Source: a virus (lineage: Duplodnaviria > Caudoviricetes). Taken from it: 64,000 nt of DNA. The notes beneath the pieces are model-generated. The model was not told where the DNA came from. It ran no database searches and worked only from the letters and a program-made list of their open reading frames with translations. Within the stretch, counting starts at the first letter, position 1; each line of letters begins with the position of its first letter. The DNA is taken from positions 1,052 through 65,051 of IMG/VR virus record IMGVR_UViG_3300044701_002512. The stretch is one strand, 5' to 3'. This document shows positions 9,262 through 19,165 of this stretch, one piece after another. A program made the translations under genes and the position numbers.

Positions 9262-12120
9262 ATGTCTGCTTTTGGTTTACAGGATAGCGAGAAAGCGGGT
9301 GAAGGTAGCCTATTAAATTTTATTGTTGGCAAGGCACAGCAGTCTAGAAAAGATGCCAAGGCAGAGAAAGAGAAGCAAGAAAAAATTCTCGCAGAAGGTG
9401 GAGAAGTAGAAGAAAAAGATAGGAAGAATTTGTTTGGTAAAGCGTTGTTCCATAATTTTGGTGGCAGTGCATTTACTGGAACAAAAAATTTCTCTGAAAA
9501 TTTTAGGTATAAAAGAGCAGAAAAAGAATCGGGAGGAGGTGGAGGAGGAACTAGTGAAAGACCAAAGGTGGGTGATGGTCTCAGAAAAATATTAGTTACT
9601 GGATTTGGATCTTTACTTACAGATACTTCTCAGATTCAAGGTGGATTGGCAGCAACTAAAGAAGTATTAAATCAACAAGTCTCGATGCAGGGAATGTCTG
9701 CTGATATTCTTGGAGGAATACAAGGCATTCTATCAGATCAAACCGAAAACCAATTACAAATTATCGAATCAATGAAAGGAGGAGTTTCTCCTGGTGTTGG
9801 TGGAGGCAATAAATCTTCTGCTTTTGGTAACGTGAATGCTCAAGGAGCTGGTGAAGGAAGTATATTTTCTTTCATTGAAGATCAAATTCAAAAACGTTTG
9901 GAGCAAGCAGGATTAATAGGTGGCGGTGGAGCTGCTGGGGGATTATTAAGTAGATTTTTATTTAATCCAGTTGGTGCATATGTTGGTTTAGCAACTCTCA
10001 TTGGTGGATTAACAGTATGGGGTCAACAACAAAATAAAAAAAATGTTGCTGATATGATGGGACCAGAAAGAATTGAGGCGGCCAAAAAGAAAGTAGAAGA
10101 AGCACAAAAATCTGGTGACGTTTGGAAAATACAAGAAGCTTTGGATAATTATAATAGGGTTTCTGGTAATGATCAATTAAATCCCGCACAGCTTAATCCA
10201 AGTTACAGTTCAGGAGGACTTTTTAAATATGCTGCAGGCAGCACCAGTATGATAGGTGAGGCAGGCAAAGAAGCAGTAGTTGATTTGAATTCTGCTGATG
10301 CTCGCAATCAAATGAATAATAAAGGTGGAGTTGATCCATCTATGAAAGCAGTGGGTGGTTCTTTACTATCAGTAACAGATGCATTCATTAAAGCACTTGG
10401 TCCTGTAGGTGGTCCTGTTGCTCAGACTGTGGGCGGAGATATTTCAAATCTAGCAGGAACTTTTGGAATGTCTTCTGTCTTATCAAACTTGAAAATTGGT
10501 GGTGCTAGTTTCAAAGATTCGTCAGATGCAAAAAGAAAGAGAGGAGTTTTTCTAGAAGATTTAATTTCAAAATCATTAGAATATCTTGGTGCTAAAAAGA
10601 AAGATACTAAAGAAGCAAAGACAGCACCTGCTAGTGGTCCTGGATCAACTGGAACACCAGATCAAAAACAAAAAGAAGAAGAACGTAGGTCTGAGGCGAT
10701 GGATGACATTTCGCCTAGTGGAACCACTGTAAAATATAAACCAGGCAAGGATGGTCAACTAGAATCGTATATAGAAACAAAAGATGATGTTGCATTTCGA
10801 AAAATAGGAACAGGAATTGATCCTGCTACAAACAAACCAAGAGATATCATGGGTCCTAGTATCAATTACAGACCAGTAGAAGGAACTAATGGCACTAGGT
10901 TTTATGATTCTGATGGCGAGTTGTATGCAAGAGAAAATAATAAATTTAGAACACTAACCAAGACTGAAAAAGAAAAAGGATGGAATGGAAAACCATTCAT
11001 GCGTAGCACTAACGATGGTCATGTCAGGGTAAATCCTGAAGATTGGTTCTTGGGACAAGGAAATCTTCAACGCCCACCTGCTAATGGGGAATATAGTTAT
11101 AAATGGGGTAAAGTTTGGAGACTTAATCCAGATGGTAAAATTAATACTCCAGAGGGAAAAGGAGACTGGCAAGACGTTGATGTTCCTGGTAGTTATGGGG
11201 GTAATTATTCCCTGCCTCCAACAGGCAGCATGAGATATGAGAAGGGTGGAAGTTATGCTGGTGGTGGTATGTTTGATAAACTGAGAAGATTTATAACTCA
11301 AGGAACTGGAAGAGTAATGGCTCCTAACGGAGGGGAGTTAGGATATCAAAATAAGTTTCTTGGGTGGAACGTTGGTGATTATCAAAGACTACCATTAAAT
11401 AAAACTTATACTGACAAGGCTGCTGCAAGATACAATACTTTAAAAGCAAACACCAATCAACCAGATAGACTTGAAAAAGATATGTTTGGTAGACATTTTA
11501 CTTATGTAGATCCTAGATTAGTAAGAACTCCATCCGCACAAGTAAAACCTGCCCAACCTTCATTGAATACACAAGCACAAGGTTTGAATAACAGGCTTTC
11601 AAATCAATCCAGAACAAAAGTTGATGTGGTAAATGAAATATTGGGTCACGAAGCTGGAAAATTAACTACCTGGGGTGAGTCTCAGAAAATGATAGGCGAT
11701 CAATATGGATGGAGCACTAGAGCAGAACAAACAAAAAAATTAAAAGACGAAGGTTATGCTGAAGGTGGTGAGAAAACTTCCATGTTTGGTTTGTCTGGCA
11801 TGGATGATAACATAACCGTTAAAACTAGTAGACAGTTAAAGTCTCTGGAAAACAAACTAGATGCGTTGAAGTATATGATTATTAGTTTGAATAATTCTAT
11901 GCCAAAAGTTTCTAGTGCTTCTCCAAAAGTATCTGCTACTTCTGATGAAGACACTAATTATGCTCCAGTCTTAATAAATATGCAATCATCTTCTGGTGGT
12001 ATACAAATGCCTATGACTGTTCCAGAAACACCACCAGAAACAATGTCAACCTATAGAAGAATGCCAGAACCAGGAGGATTGGCGATGCTAACATCTCATT
12101 CAGGAACGGGAGTATTATAA
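9262..12120 (+). CDS. large virion protein (hub/tape-measure-like paralogue)
   Basis: YSSGG...MIGEAGKEAVV motif, hydrophobic segment, several Y-x-x-G-G motifs; GATAAATA late box just upstream. Confidence 0.55.
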   Translation: MSAFGLQDSEKAGEGSLLNFIVGKAQQSRKDAKAEKEKQEKILAEGGEVEEKDRKNLFGKALFHNFGGSAFTGTKNFSENFRYKRAEKESGGGGGGTSERPKVGDGLRKILVTGFGSLLTDTSQIQGGLAATKEVLNQQVSMQGMSADILGGIQGILSDQTENQLQIIESMKGGVSPGVGGGNKSSAFGNVNAQGAGEGSIFSFIEDQIQKRLEQAGLIGGGGAAGGLLSRFLFNPVGAYVGLATLIGGLTVWGQQQNKKNVADMMGPERIEAAKKKVEEAQKSGDVWKIQEALDNYNRVSGNDQLNPAQLNPSYSSGGLFKYAAGSTSMIGEAGKEAVVDLNSADARNQMNNKGGVDPSMKAVGGSLLSVTDAFIKALGPVGGPVAQTVGGDISNLAGTFGMSSVLSNLKIGGASFKDSSDAKRKRGVFLEDLISKSLEYLGAKKKDTKEAKTAPASGPGSTGTPDQKQKEEERRSEAMDDISPSGTTVKYKPGKDGQLESYIETKDDVAFRKIGTGIDPATNKPRDIMGPSINYRPVEGTNGTRFYDSDGELYARENNKFRTLTKTEKEKGWNGKPFMRSTNDGHVRVNPEDWFLGQGNLQRPPANGEYSYKWGKVWRLNPDGKINTPEGKGDWQDVDVPGSYGGNYSLPPTGSMRYEKGGSYAGGGMFDKLRRFITQGTGRVMAPNGGELGYQNKFLGWNVGDYQRLPLNKTYTDKAAARYNTLKANTNQPDRLEKDMFGRHFTYVDPRLVRTPSAQVKPAQPSLNTQAQGLNNRLSNQSRTKVDVVNEILGHEAGKLTTWGESQKMIGDQYGWSTRAEQTKKLKDEGYAEGGEKTSMFGLSGMDDNITVKTSRQLKSLENKLDALKYMIISLNNSMPKVSSASPKVSATSDEDTNYAPVLINMQSSSGGIQMPMTVPETPPETMSTYRRMPEPGGLAMLTSHSGTGVL

Positions 12121-13538
12121 TGTCAGTAACTAATGCAGATGTAGTAGAAGTAATCCTCACAGACCTCAGTGGAAAAGATCATTACTTAACCAGTTCAAAC
12201 TCATCTAAGTCTCCAGAAGCACAAATAGATTACATAAACATTTACGAAAGTATAGAAAGAAATAGTATTCTTGCTGAAATGAAAGTGATTGATACTATCA
12301 CTAACTTAATTTCAACAGCACCTATCGTCGGAACTGAGGAAGTTACTATAAAAGTAAAGACACCAGCAACAGATAGTAATACCTACACATATAAGTTTGT
12401 TGTCTATGCTATAAGAAATCGTGCCGTCAGTTTAAATTACCAAGAATATATTCTAGATCTTTTCACTCCCGAAGCATTAATAAATGAAACAATTCGTGTA
12501 GGAAAAGTCTTACAGGGTCAAGCAAATAGCTTGGTTAAAAAAGATTTGATTCAAGGATTTTTAGGATCCAATAAAGATGTTGACGATGAAGCAACAAAAT
12601 TTCCTATTAAAGTAATACCTTCATTGAAAAGACCATTCGATATTATCTCGCAATTAGCACCAGGATGTGTATCAAGCAACTTCAATCCTATACCTGAACC
12701 TTTACCATCAGCTACTAATCCTGGGTCTGGATCAAAGAAAGAAGGTCAGACATCTGGAGTAACATCTAAGACTGCAGATGGAGTTATTTCTGGTAGTGCT
12801 GGATATTTTTTCTATGAGACTTACAAAGGATATACTTTTAAATCTATAGATACTATCATCACTGGAGACAGCCCACACCCAGAGTATACATACACAACTC
12901 AACAAGATGGAGCAGTAGGATCAGCAGAGAATCCATATGTAATTTTAGATTATTCTTTCTTAAGTCAAGAAAATATTCTTAAGAAGATGAGACATGGAAC
13001 TTATAGTTCTATGATTTCATTCTTCAATCCTGCTACTCTAGACTATGAAGAATACTTTTTTGACTTGAGCAAAGAATATCCTAACATGAAACATCTGGGA
13101 ACGGAAGAAAGTATTCCAGAATCAATCAAAGCATTATCCGAATATCCAAGCAGAGTGATGTTACAATTCTATGACCATGAAACTTATTATACAGGTGCAG
13201 ATATTGCTGATCCTAATAGTGCTAATGGAGGAACTTCTTATCCAGATTATAGAAAACAATGGTTGGCACAATCTATAAGTAGAAATACTTTATTGAATAA
13301 TCAGTCACTAAATATTGTAGTTCCTTGCAACTTAAAACTCAGGGCGGGTGATAAATTAAAAATTTCTTTGCCGAATCAATCAGTTCAATCTCTCAGAAGT
13401 GGTGGTAATTCCGTTGATGTAAACAACAGCGGAGTTTATTTAATAAAATCTATATCATATGAAATTAGAAGAGACGCAAAGAAAGCAGTCGTTGCGGTTT
13501 CTAACATTGTATTAATCAGAGATAATTTAGGGAGTTAA
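12120..13538 (+). CDS. baseplate hub protein, gp27-like
   Basis: INIYESI, APIVGTEEV, GYFFYETYKGYTFKSID, VPCNLKLRAGD, SGVYLIKSI; upstream of gp5. Confidence 0.65.
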   Translation: MSVTNADVVEVILTDLSGKDHYLTSSNSSKSPEAQIDYINIYESIERNSILAEMKVIDTITNLISTAPIVGTEEVTIKVKTPATDSNTYTYKFVVYAIRNRAVSLNYQEYILDLFTPEALINETIRVGKVLQGQANSLVKKDLIQGFLGSNKDVDDEATKFPIKVIPSLKRPFDIISQLAPGCVSSNFNPIPEPLPSATNPGSGSKKEGQTSGVTSKTADGVISGSAGYFFYETYKGYTFKSIDTIITGDSPHPEYTYTTQQDGAVGSAENPYVILDYSFLSQENILKKMRHGTYSSMISFFNPATLDYEEYFFDLSKEYPNMKHLGTEESIPESIKALSEYPSRVMLQFYDHETYYTGADIADPNSANGGTSYPDYRKQWLAQSISRNTLLNNQSLNIVVPCNLKLRAGDKLKISLPNQSVQSLRSGGNSVDVNNSGVYLIKSISYEIRRDAKKAVVAVSNIVLIRDNLGS

Positions 13539-13540
13539 AA

Positions 13541-13753
13541 ATGGAAAATATACATAAACATATGGAGCATGATAAAAAAATTGTGGATGATGCTATGGCA
13601 TCCTCTCAGTCAAGAAGACATGCAGAGGAAGAATTAGAATCTTTAGAGAGGTATCATTCTAGACACCCAGAGGATGAGCATGATCCAACTCCATTAGAGT
13701 TATATTGTGATGATAATCCAGATGCAATCGAATGTAAAATTTTTGACGTATGA
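13541..13753 (+). CDS. cp12: CP12 Calvin-cycle inhibitor (auxiliary metabolic gene)
   Basis: RRHAEEELESL...DPTPLELYCDDNPDAIECKIFD with the C-terminal Cys pair of phage CP12. Confidence 0.95.
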   Translation: MENIHKHMEHDKKIVDDAMASSQSRRHAEEELESLERYHSRHPEDEHDPTPLELYCDDNPDAIECKIFDV

Positions 13754-16644
13754 TTCCCGAACTTAACATACCCATTAGTTTCGCAGGAAGAGACGGTTTT
13801 TATTGGTGGATTGGTCAAGTAGAACCATACACTGATCCTAAGGAAGGATCTATTAAAAATCGTTATAAGGTTAGAATCGTTGGTCAACATGTAAAGAGTT
13901 GCGACGCAATCAAACCTCAGGATTTACCATGGGCGCAAGTATTGATGCCTGTAACACATCCAATCAATGAGGGTAATGATAACTATACACCTATAAAATT
14001 AAGAGAAGGTGATTGGGTAATAGGTTTCTTTCTGGATGGAGAAGAAGGTCAACATCCAGTTATCATAGGTCAGTTACCAAAGACAACTAATTCTTCAGAA
14101 ACAAAAGGAGTAACTACAAACGTTGCTGATTCTTGTTTAGCATTTGAGAGAAGAGTTTCTGTTTCAAATCCAAATAGAAGTATTGTAACACCAGCAGGAA
14201 CATCAGGACCTAAGGCACCAGATACCAATCAATCTGACAAGGGAACTACAACTGCTACGGGAGGAGCTACTGCATTAGCGCAAGCAGGAAATGCAGTGAA
14301 CAGTGAAAATAATCAGGCAGGTAGAGATATCTGTGTTCAAGTTGCTTCGGTTCCTTGTAAGACAAACAACGGCACTGAACAATCTAGATTCGAAGTATTC
14401 CTCAGTGAGATGCTGTATAACATCCAGAGCAGCGGTGGTAGCTTTGGAGAGAAAATTTTGAGCCCTTACAGCGGGCAGCTTCTAGACTATGCCGCAGCAG
14501 GTCAGGCATATGTTTCTAAATTATTTGGTGTTGCTAGAGCATACATTAATGGAGCAAAAGGTGCTGCACTTGGATTCATAAAACAAGGAGTAGCACAACT
14601 ACTCCAATGGATGTTAGGATTCCAAGTTGATCCAGTGACAGGAAAGAAAACAAAGATTGGAATCTTTGGGCAGGTGACACAATATTTGAATGAACAATTA
14701 GGTTTGATCAATTGCACATTTGCAGATTTAGAAAAGAAAATATTTGATTTTCTTTTTAATTTAATTACTGATTTACTTTTAACAGCAGTCAGTGCAGCAA
14801 CTTGTAAGATCGAATCTATTATTAATGATGTCTTAAATGAATTACTATCCTTCTTAGACAATTCTTTGCTTGCTATACTCGGACCATTACAAAGTTTACT
14901 TTCTATTATAGAAAGCCCTCTCAATATTTTAGGAGCTGCACTTTCTTTCTTATTAGATCTTCTAGGAATTGAGTGTAGCGGACCAGGAGACTGTAAGGAT
15001 GCATCGACATCAAAATTCTGCACAGGTAAAGCACAGAAGAAACCACTAGAAAGTGAGTTAAATGCATTAGATGATTTGATTGCAGCAGCTGAAGGATTGC
15101 CATTTGATCCTGTTGGATTACAAACTTCCTGCACAGACTACTTGTATCTTGATTGTCCAGCAGCAACTGCTGCAGCAGTAACTGGAGGAACACCAGATCC
15201 AGATGGGTTTACTGGAGAAGATGACGAACTACCTGAAGATGATACTGATGACTTTATGAATCAATTCATAGCAGGATTTATTTTAGGAACTCCAACTTCA
15301 GCAACAACTGAAAGTGGCGGAACTTCTACGTTTACTGTTAGATTAAGAACACAACCTACTGCATCAGTTACTGCAACTATAACTAGTCAGTCAACTAGTG
15401 AAGGAACTGTGTCTCCTTCTACTTTAACATTCACCACATCTAACTGGTCAACTGAACAAACAGTTACTGTCACTGGAGTTGACGACACATTTTTTGATGG
15501 AGATGTTCAATATACCATACGAGTTACAGGAACATCAACAGACAACAACTATAATAATATAATTGATTTCTTAGAAATTATTAACAGAGATAATGAGGTT
15601 CAGATTGTAAATAATTCGTTTGTTGTTCTTTCAGAAGATGATATAGCAATAACTGGAACATCTACAGTTGTTAAAAATTTTCCAACGAATCAATTTATTA
15701 TTTCTTCATCGACTTCTGCTTCTTTAAATGCTAGTTCGACATATAATTTTATTCCAACTGTTACTACCGAAACTTTAAATACAGATTACACATTAACCGC
15801 AGATAAAACAACGGTAAATGAGGGAGGAAGTATTACATTTACGTTAACTGCATTAAACAATGATGTGCCAGATGGAACCGAATTTAATTATTTGATGTTT
15901 GGATTTATACAAGTCAGTGATTTTGAAGATAACACAACCATAGGCACAATGAAAATGTTTAATAATGTTGCCACTAAAACTATTAAAATATCTAAAGAGA
16001 CGAGTGTTGTTTCTACCACTGACGTTACCTTTAATGTTGCTATAGCAAATAGATCTAAATTATTTACTATTGTTAATTTAAATCCAACACCAACAACACC
16101 AACCCCTACTCCTACTTTTAAACCACCTGTGCTAGGTGATCCTGAAGTAGATGATGACGGAAAGGTAATTGATATTCCTATTTTAGAACCAGGAGATCCT
16201 TACATTTTACCACCACTGATTAAAGTATATGGGGAAGGGGTTGGAGCAGTAGCAATTGCTGAATTAGATATTACTGGAAGTCTCAAAAAGATTAAAGTAT
16301 TGAGACCTGGGAGAGGATACGTTCCGAACAGAAGAAGAGGTAATTGTGTCATTGATGGATACAATTTAATTAAACCTGGATATGGTTATACATACGAACC
16401 TAAAGTCTACATAGATGGTGACGCTAATGTTGCTAGAGCAATAGTAAAGAATGGTAGTGTAATTGGTCTAGATATTATTGATAAAACGAAAACGTTTGCA
16501 AAGGTTCCTAGAGTTCAGATTGTTGGTGATGGTGCTGGTGCCATTATTATACCAACATTTACCTGTCTTGACAAGCCTGGATACCAGGAGTATGTATCTA
16601 ATATTGCTCCTTCTGGAACTGATTCTGTAATTGATTGCCCATAG
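13750..16644 (+). CDS. gp5: gp5-like baseplate hub/spike, N-terminal OB part with inserted Calx-beta/Ig-like domains
   Basis: GFYWWIGQVE, RYKVRIVGQH, DLPWAQV, WVIGFFLDG..GQHPVIIG; no lysozyme domain visible. Confidence 0.8.
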   Translation: MIPELNIPISFAGRDGFYWWIGQVEPYTDPKEGSIKNRYKVRIVGQHVKSCDAIKPQDLPWAQVLMPVTHPINEGNDNYTPIKLREGDWVIGFFLDGEEGQHPVIIGQLPKTTNSSETKGVTTNVADSCLAFERRVSVSNPNRSIVTPAGTSGPKAPDTNQSDKGTTTATGGATALAQAGNAVNSENNQAGRDICVQVASVPCKTNNGTEQSRFEVFLSEMLYNIQSSGGSFGEKILSPYSGQLLDYAAAGQAYVSKLFGVARAYINGAKGAALGFIKQGVAQLLQWMLGFQVDPVTGKKTKIGIFGQVTQYLNEQLGLINCTFADLEKKIFDFLFNLITDLLLTAVSAATCKIESIINDVLNELLSFLDNSLLAILGPLQSLLSIIESPLNILGAALSFLLDLLGIECSGPGDCKDASTSKFCTGKAQKKPLESELNALDDLIAAAEGLPFDPVGLQTSCTDYLYLDCPAATAAAVTGGTPDPDGFTGEDDELPEDDTDDFMNQFIAGFILGTPTSATTESGGTSTFTVRLRTQPTASVTATITSQSTSEGTVSPSTLTFTTSNWSTEQTVTVTGVDDTFFDGDVQYTIRVTGTSTDNNYNNIIDFLEIINRDNEVQIVNNSFVVLSEDDIAITGTSTVVKNFPTNQFIISSSTSASLNASSTYNFIPTVTTETLNTDYTLTADKTTVNEGGSITFTLTALNNDVPDGTEFNYLMFGFIQVSDFEDNTTIGTMKMFNNVATKTIKISKETSVVSTTDVTFNVAIANRSKLFTIVNLNPTPTTPTPTPTFKPPVLGDPEVDDDGKVIDIPILEPGDPYILPPLIKVYGEGVGAVAIAELDITGSLKKIKVLRPGRGYVPNRRRGNCVIDGYNLIKPGYGYTYEPKVYIDGDANVARAIVKNGSVIGLDIIDKTKTFAKVPRVQIVGDGAGAIIIPTFTCLDKPGYQEYVSNIAPSGTDSVIDCP

Positions 16645-16654
16645 GAGATAAGAG

Positions 16655-18262
16655 ATGGCTACAAGTTGGTTAGAATTAAGACAGTCACTCATTGATGGAA
16701 CTGCGTCGTTTGTAAATCCAGAACCAAGTTCTTCTTGTGGCACTGAAACGACCACATTTGATTCGGGTATTTCTGGATCATTAGATTTTGATTTTGAAAA
16801 TCCATTAGAAGGAATTGAAGATGCCATCAACAATTTTGGTGATGACATCATGCAAGTGCTCAATGACATTGGAGCATGGATACCACCAGAGCTAGCAGGT
16901 CAAGGGTCTGGTTCAGAGGGGTATAATTACTTAATTAACAAACCAACCCCAGTAGATGACGTTGAAGCAGATCAAACTCAGGCTTCATCTAACAATACAG
17001 GTGATTATACAACTGTTGAAGGTAAAGGAAACGAAGGTCAGAGCACTTGGCAAAGAACATGGGGAGATGAATCTCATTGGGCAAAGACTGCTGACGGTTC
17101 ATTTCATTTTAGCGCAGCAAAATCACCAAAAGAAAATCACTACGGTGGAATGTTCAAAGTTAGATCTGCTGGCGCAACTATAGTTAAGGTAGGCGAGTGT
17201 CTGTTTATTGAAGTTGAGAATAAGAATAGTATAAATGCGGGAGAAAAACCCGTAGATGATAAAGCAAAAGGGCAAGCATTTTCTATCTACATATCTGGTT
17301 CAGCTGCTATACATTCTACTGAAGATCTATCTATTAGTAGTAGTGGAAACATTACTCTAGATGCTGGTGATCGTATTCGTTTAGATGCAAAGGCAGGTAT
17401 TGATCTTTTAGCAGGTGCTCCTGCTACAGATACTGATGATAAGAATTCTGAATATGGTGGTGATGTTGTTCTGAAGGCAGCAAAATTTTCTCAAACAGTA
17501 TCTACCACCCAAAAAACGGTAGACAACAAATATGATTCTGTCAATGGTGAGTCAAGCACTATTGTCGGAAATGCTAACGCAGCTTATGGCATACGAGCAA
17601 CTGATTTTGAGATCAACCTCAGTGGTGACATGTATGAGAAGATTGGTGGTAGAAAAAAGACCGAAGTTAATTTACCTACTGCTTCTGTTCAAATTCCTGG
17701 AACCTCTCTACTAGCAGGTCAAAAATCTGGATATATTATTACTTCGACTACACCCAAACCACCTTCAACAGGTGTAGGCACACCATCCAAGTCAGACGTT
17801 GCAGCAATTGAACCACCTGTTTTATCAGTAGAAGGAACAGTTGGTGGTATGACAGTTAGATTTGAGAAAGGAGATATTGACTTCCTTACTAAAGCAGGAA
17901 ACGTAGTGATTGCCAATGAGTCTGGAGGAATGGCATCAGTATTAACTACGTTAGCAAAAGATAGTGCAAAAGTTTTTGCTACTTCAAAACCAGGAACGTT
18001 TGTTGGTGATAGTAAATCATCACTCGGTCTATTTGGTCCTACTAGAATTGTAGCAAGTCTAGCAGGATCGCCACCATTTGAATTTTCTACAACTCCATCT
18101 CTTAACATCGGACCAGAAGAAGTTAGTTTGGTTCAGACATCAGCGAACAAAATTGGTATCAATGCCAAAGAACTTTCTATTGTCTATGGTCCTACTTCTA
18201 CGATTAAAGTTGGTCCTGAATCTATTAAGATTGATAACAAAGCAGGAATTTATCTAAACTAA
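16655..18262 (+). CDS. gp5 C-terminal-like beta-helix spike protein
   Basis: Short beta-strand repeats (ISGSAAIHS, SGNITLDAG, IYLN terminus); own AGGAG RBS after gp5. Confidence 0.6.
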   Translation: MATSWLELRQSLIDGTASFVNPEPSSSCGTETTTFDSGISGSLDFDFENPLEGIEDAINNFGDDIMQVLNDIGAWIPPELAGQGSGSEGYNYLINKPTPVDDVEADQTQASSNNTGDYTTVEGKGNEGQSTWQRTWGDESHWAKTADGSFHFSAAKSPKENHYGGMFKVRSAGATIVKVGECLFIEVENKNSINAGEKPVDDKAKGQAFSIYISGSAAIHSTEDLSISSSGNITLDAGDRIRLDAKAGIDLLAGAPATDTDDKNSEYGGDVVLKAAKFSQTVSTTQKTVDNKYDSVNGESSTIVGNANAAYGIRATDFEINLSGDMYEKIGGRKKTEVNLPTASVQIPGTSLLAGQKSGYIITSTTPKPPSTGVGTPSKSDVAAIEPPVLSVEGTVGGMTVRFEKGDIDFLTKAGNVVIANESGGMASVLTTLAKDSAKVFATSKPGTFVGDSKSSLGLFGPTRIVASLAGSPPFEFSTTPSLNIGPEEVSLVQTSANKIGINAKELSIVYGPTSTIKVGPESIKIDNKAGIYLN

Positions 18263-18342
18263 TAGCGATTTCAAAATTGACCTTCAATTACCAAAAGGTC
18301 GCAAAAAAAATCTCGGCAAATTTTTGGTCAAAAAAGTCGAGC

Positions 18343-18371
18343 TTGACAGAACCTCTAAATACCGCTATACT
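18343..18371 (+). promoter_or_regulatory. sigma70-type early promoter
   Basis: TTGACA-17-TATACT. Confidence 0.8.
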
Positions 18372-18401
18372 AGCAATGTGGCGCTTTGAGGTCTGGGTCT
18401 T

Positions 18402-18590
18402 ATGAATCTTAAAAATCCTTCTGAGCAAGCTCTTGACAGGATCACCATAGACCTCTATAATAAGAAGGTAATCATCAGAGGTGAAAATGGAACCATGCTT
18501 ACCTTTCGATGTGCTACGATCAACGAGTTGGTTGAACTAAAGGAAAAATGTGGTAAACTGTTAAAAACAGACAACTTCATTTATCGCTGA
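18402..18590 (+). CDS. small hypothetical protein
   Basis: 62-aa ORF after a promoter, GAGG upstream. Confidence 0.55.
   Translation: MNLKNPSEQALDRITIDLYNKKVIIRGENGTMLTFRCATINELVELKEKCGKLLKTDNFIYR
18433..18461 (+). promoter_or_regulatory. consensus sigma70 promoter inside ORF, upstream of tRNAs
   Basis: TTGACA-17-TATAAT. Confidence 0.75.
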
Positions 18591-18663
18591 GCTCCTTTAG
18601 CAATCTGGCGAATGCACCGAACTCATAATTCGGCTAAGGTGGGTTCGATCCCCTCAAGGAGCA
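18591..18663 (+). tRNA. tRNA-Met(CAT) (Ile2 not excluded)
   Basis: Acceptor GCTCCTT/AAGGAGC, anticodon arm CCGAA-CTCATAA-TTCGG, TTCGATC loop; one T-stem mismatch. Confidence 0.85.
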
Positions 18664-18667
18664 CTGT

Positions 18668-18740
18668 GGGTCTGTAACTCAGTTGGTAGAGTAGCGGGCT
18701 TTTAACCTGTAAGTCGTCGGTTCGAGCCCGACCAGACCCA
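18668..18740 (+). tRNA. tRNA-Lys(TTT)
   Basis: GGGTCTG/CAGACCC acceptor, GCGGG-CTTTTAA-CCTGT arm, GTTCGAG T loop. Confidence 0.95.
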
Positions 18741-18769
18741 TTGACAATCTGAGCAAGACCTGCTATGAT
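18741..18769 (+). promoter_or_regulatory. sigma70 promoter for tRNA-Leu
   Basis: TTGACA-17-TATGAT between tRNA-Lys and tRNA-Leu. Confidence 0.7.
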
Positions 18770-18782
18770 TGTCTCATCACCT

Positions 18783-18866
18783 GGGGAGGTGGTGGAATCG
18801 GTAGACACACCAGACTTAAAATCTGTTGGGCATTTGCCCGTGGGGGTTCAAGTCCCCCTCTCCCTA
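18783..18866 (+). tRNA. tRNA-Leu(TAA)
   Basis: Anticodon loop CTTAAAA, long variable arm GGGCATTTGCCC, GTTCAAG T loop. Confidence 0.93.
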
Positions 18867-18897
18867 TTTCCACTAAATATAATGTAGTGGAAATGTT

Positions 18898-19164
18898 ATG
18901 AAATACACATTATCACAAGCATATTGCTTTTATATGGGGCAAGTTGTTCGTATGTATTTTATACAAAATCTTCCATATACTTTTGATGAATTACCACAAC
19001 TAATTCAAGATCATCCCTCAGTTCAAACTGAAGCATTATCTCATAGAGATTATGATGATGAAGATATGTGGAGAACATCAAATTACTTAATAATGGAAGA
19101 AATGCATCCTTTGATGTTTGATCTTCAAATTGAAAATCCAGAATTACTTCCAAAGGATGATTAA
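18898..19164 (+). CDS. hypothetical protein within tRNA cluster
   Basis: 88-aa ORF with VRMYFIQNLPYTFDELP...EEMHPL, a type I recall from cyanophage tRNA clusters. Confidence 0.7.
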   Translation: MKYTLSQAYCFYMGQVVRMYFIQNLPYTFDELPQLIQDHPSVQTEALSHRDYDDEDMWRTSNYLIMEEMHPLMFDLQIENPELLPKDD

Positions 19165-19165
19165 T

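Noticed and set aside
16644-16655. gp5 broken by frameshift or pseudogene
   Set aside because: Clean stop, AGGAG RBS and new ATG; both ORFs are intact.
18623-18808. 61-aa minus-strand ORF
   Set aside because: Antisense to tRNA genes.
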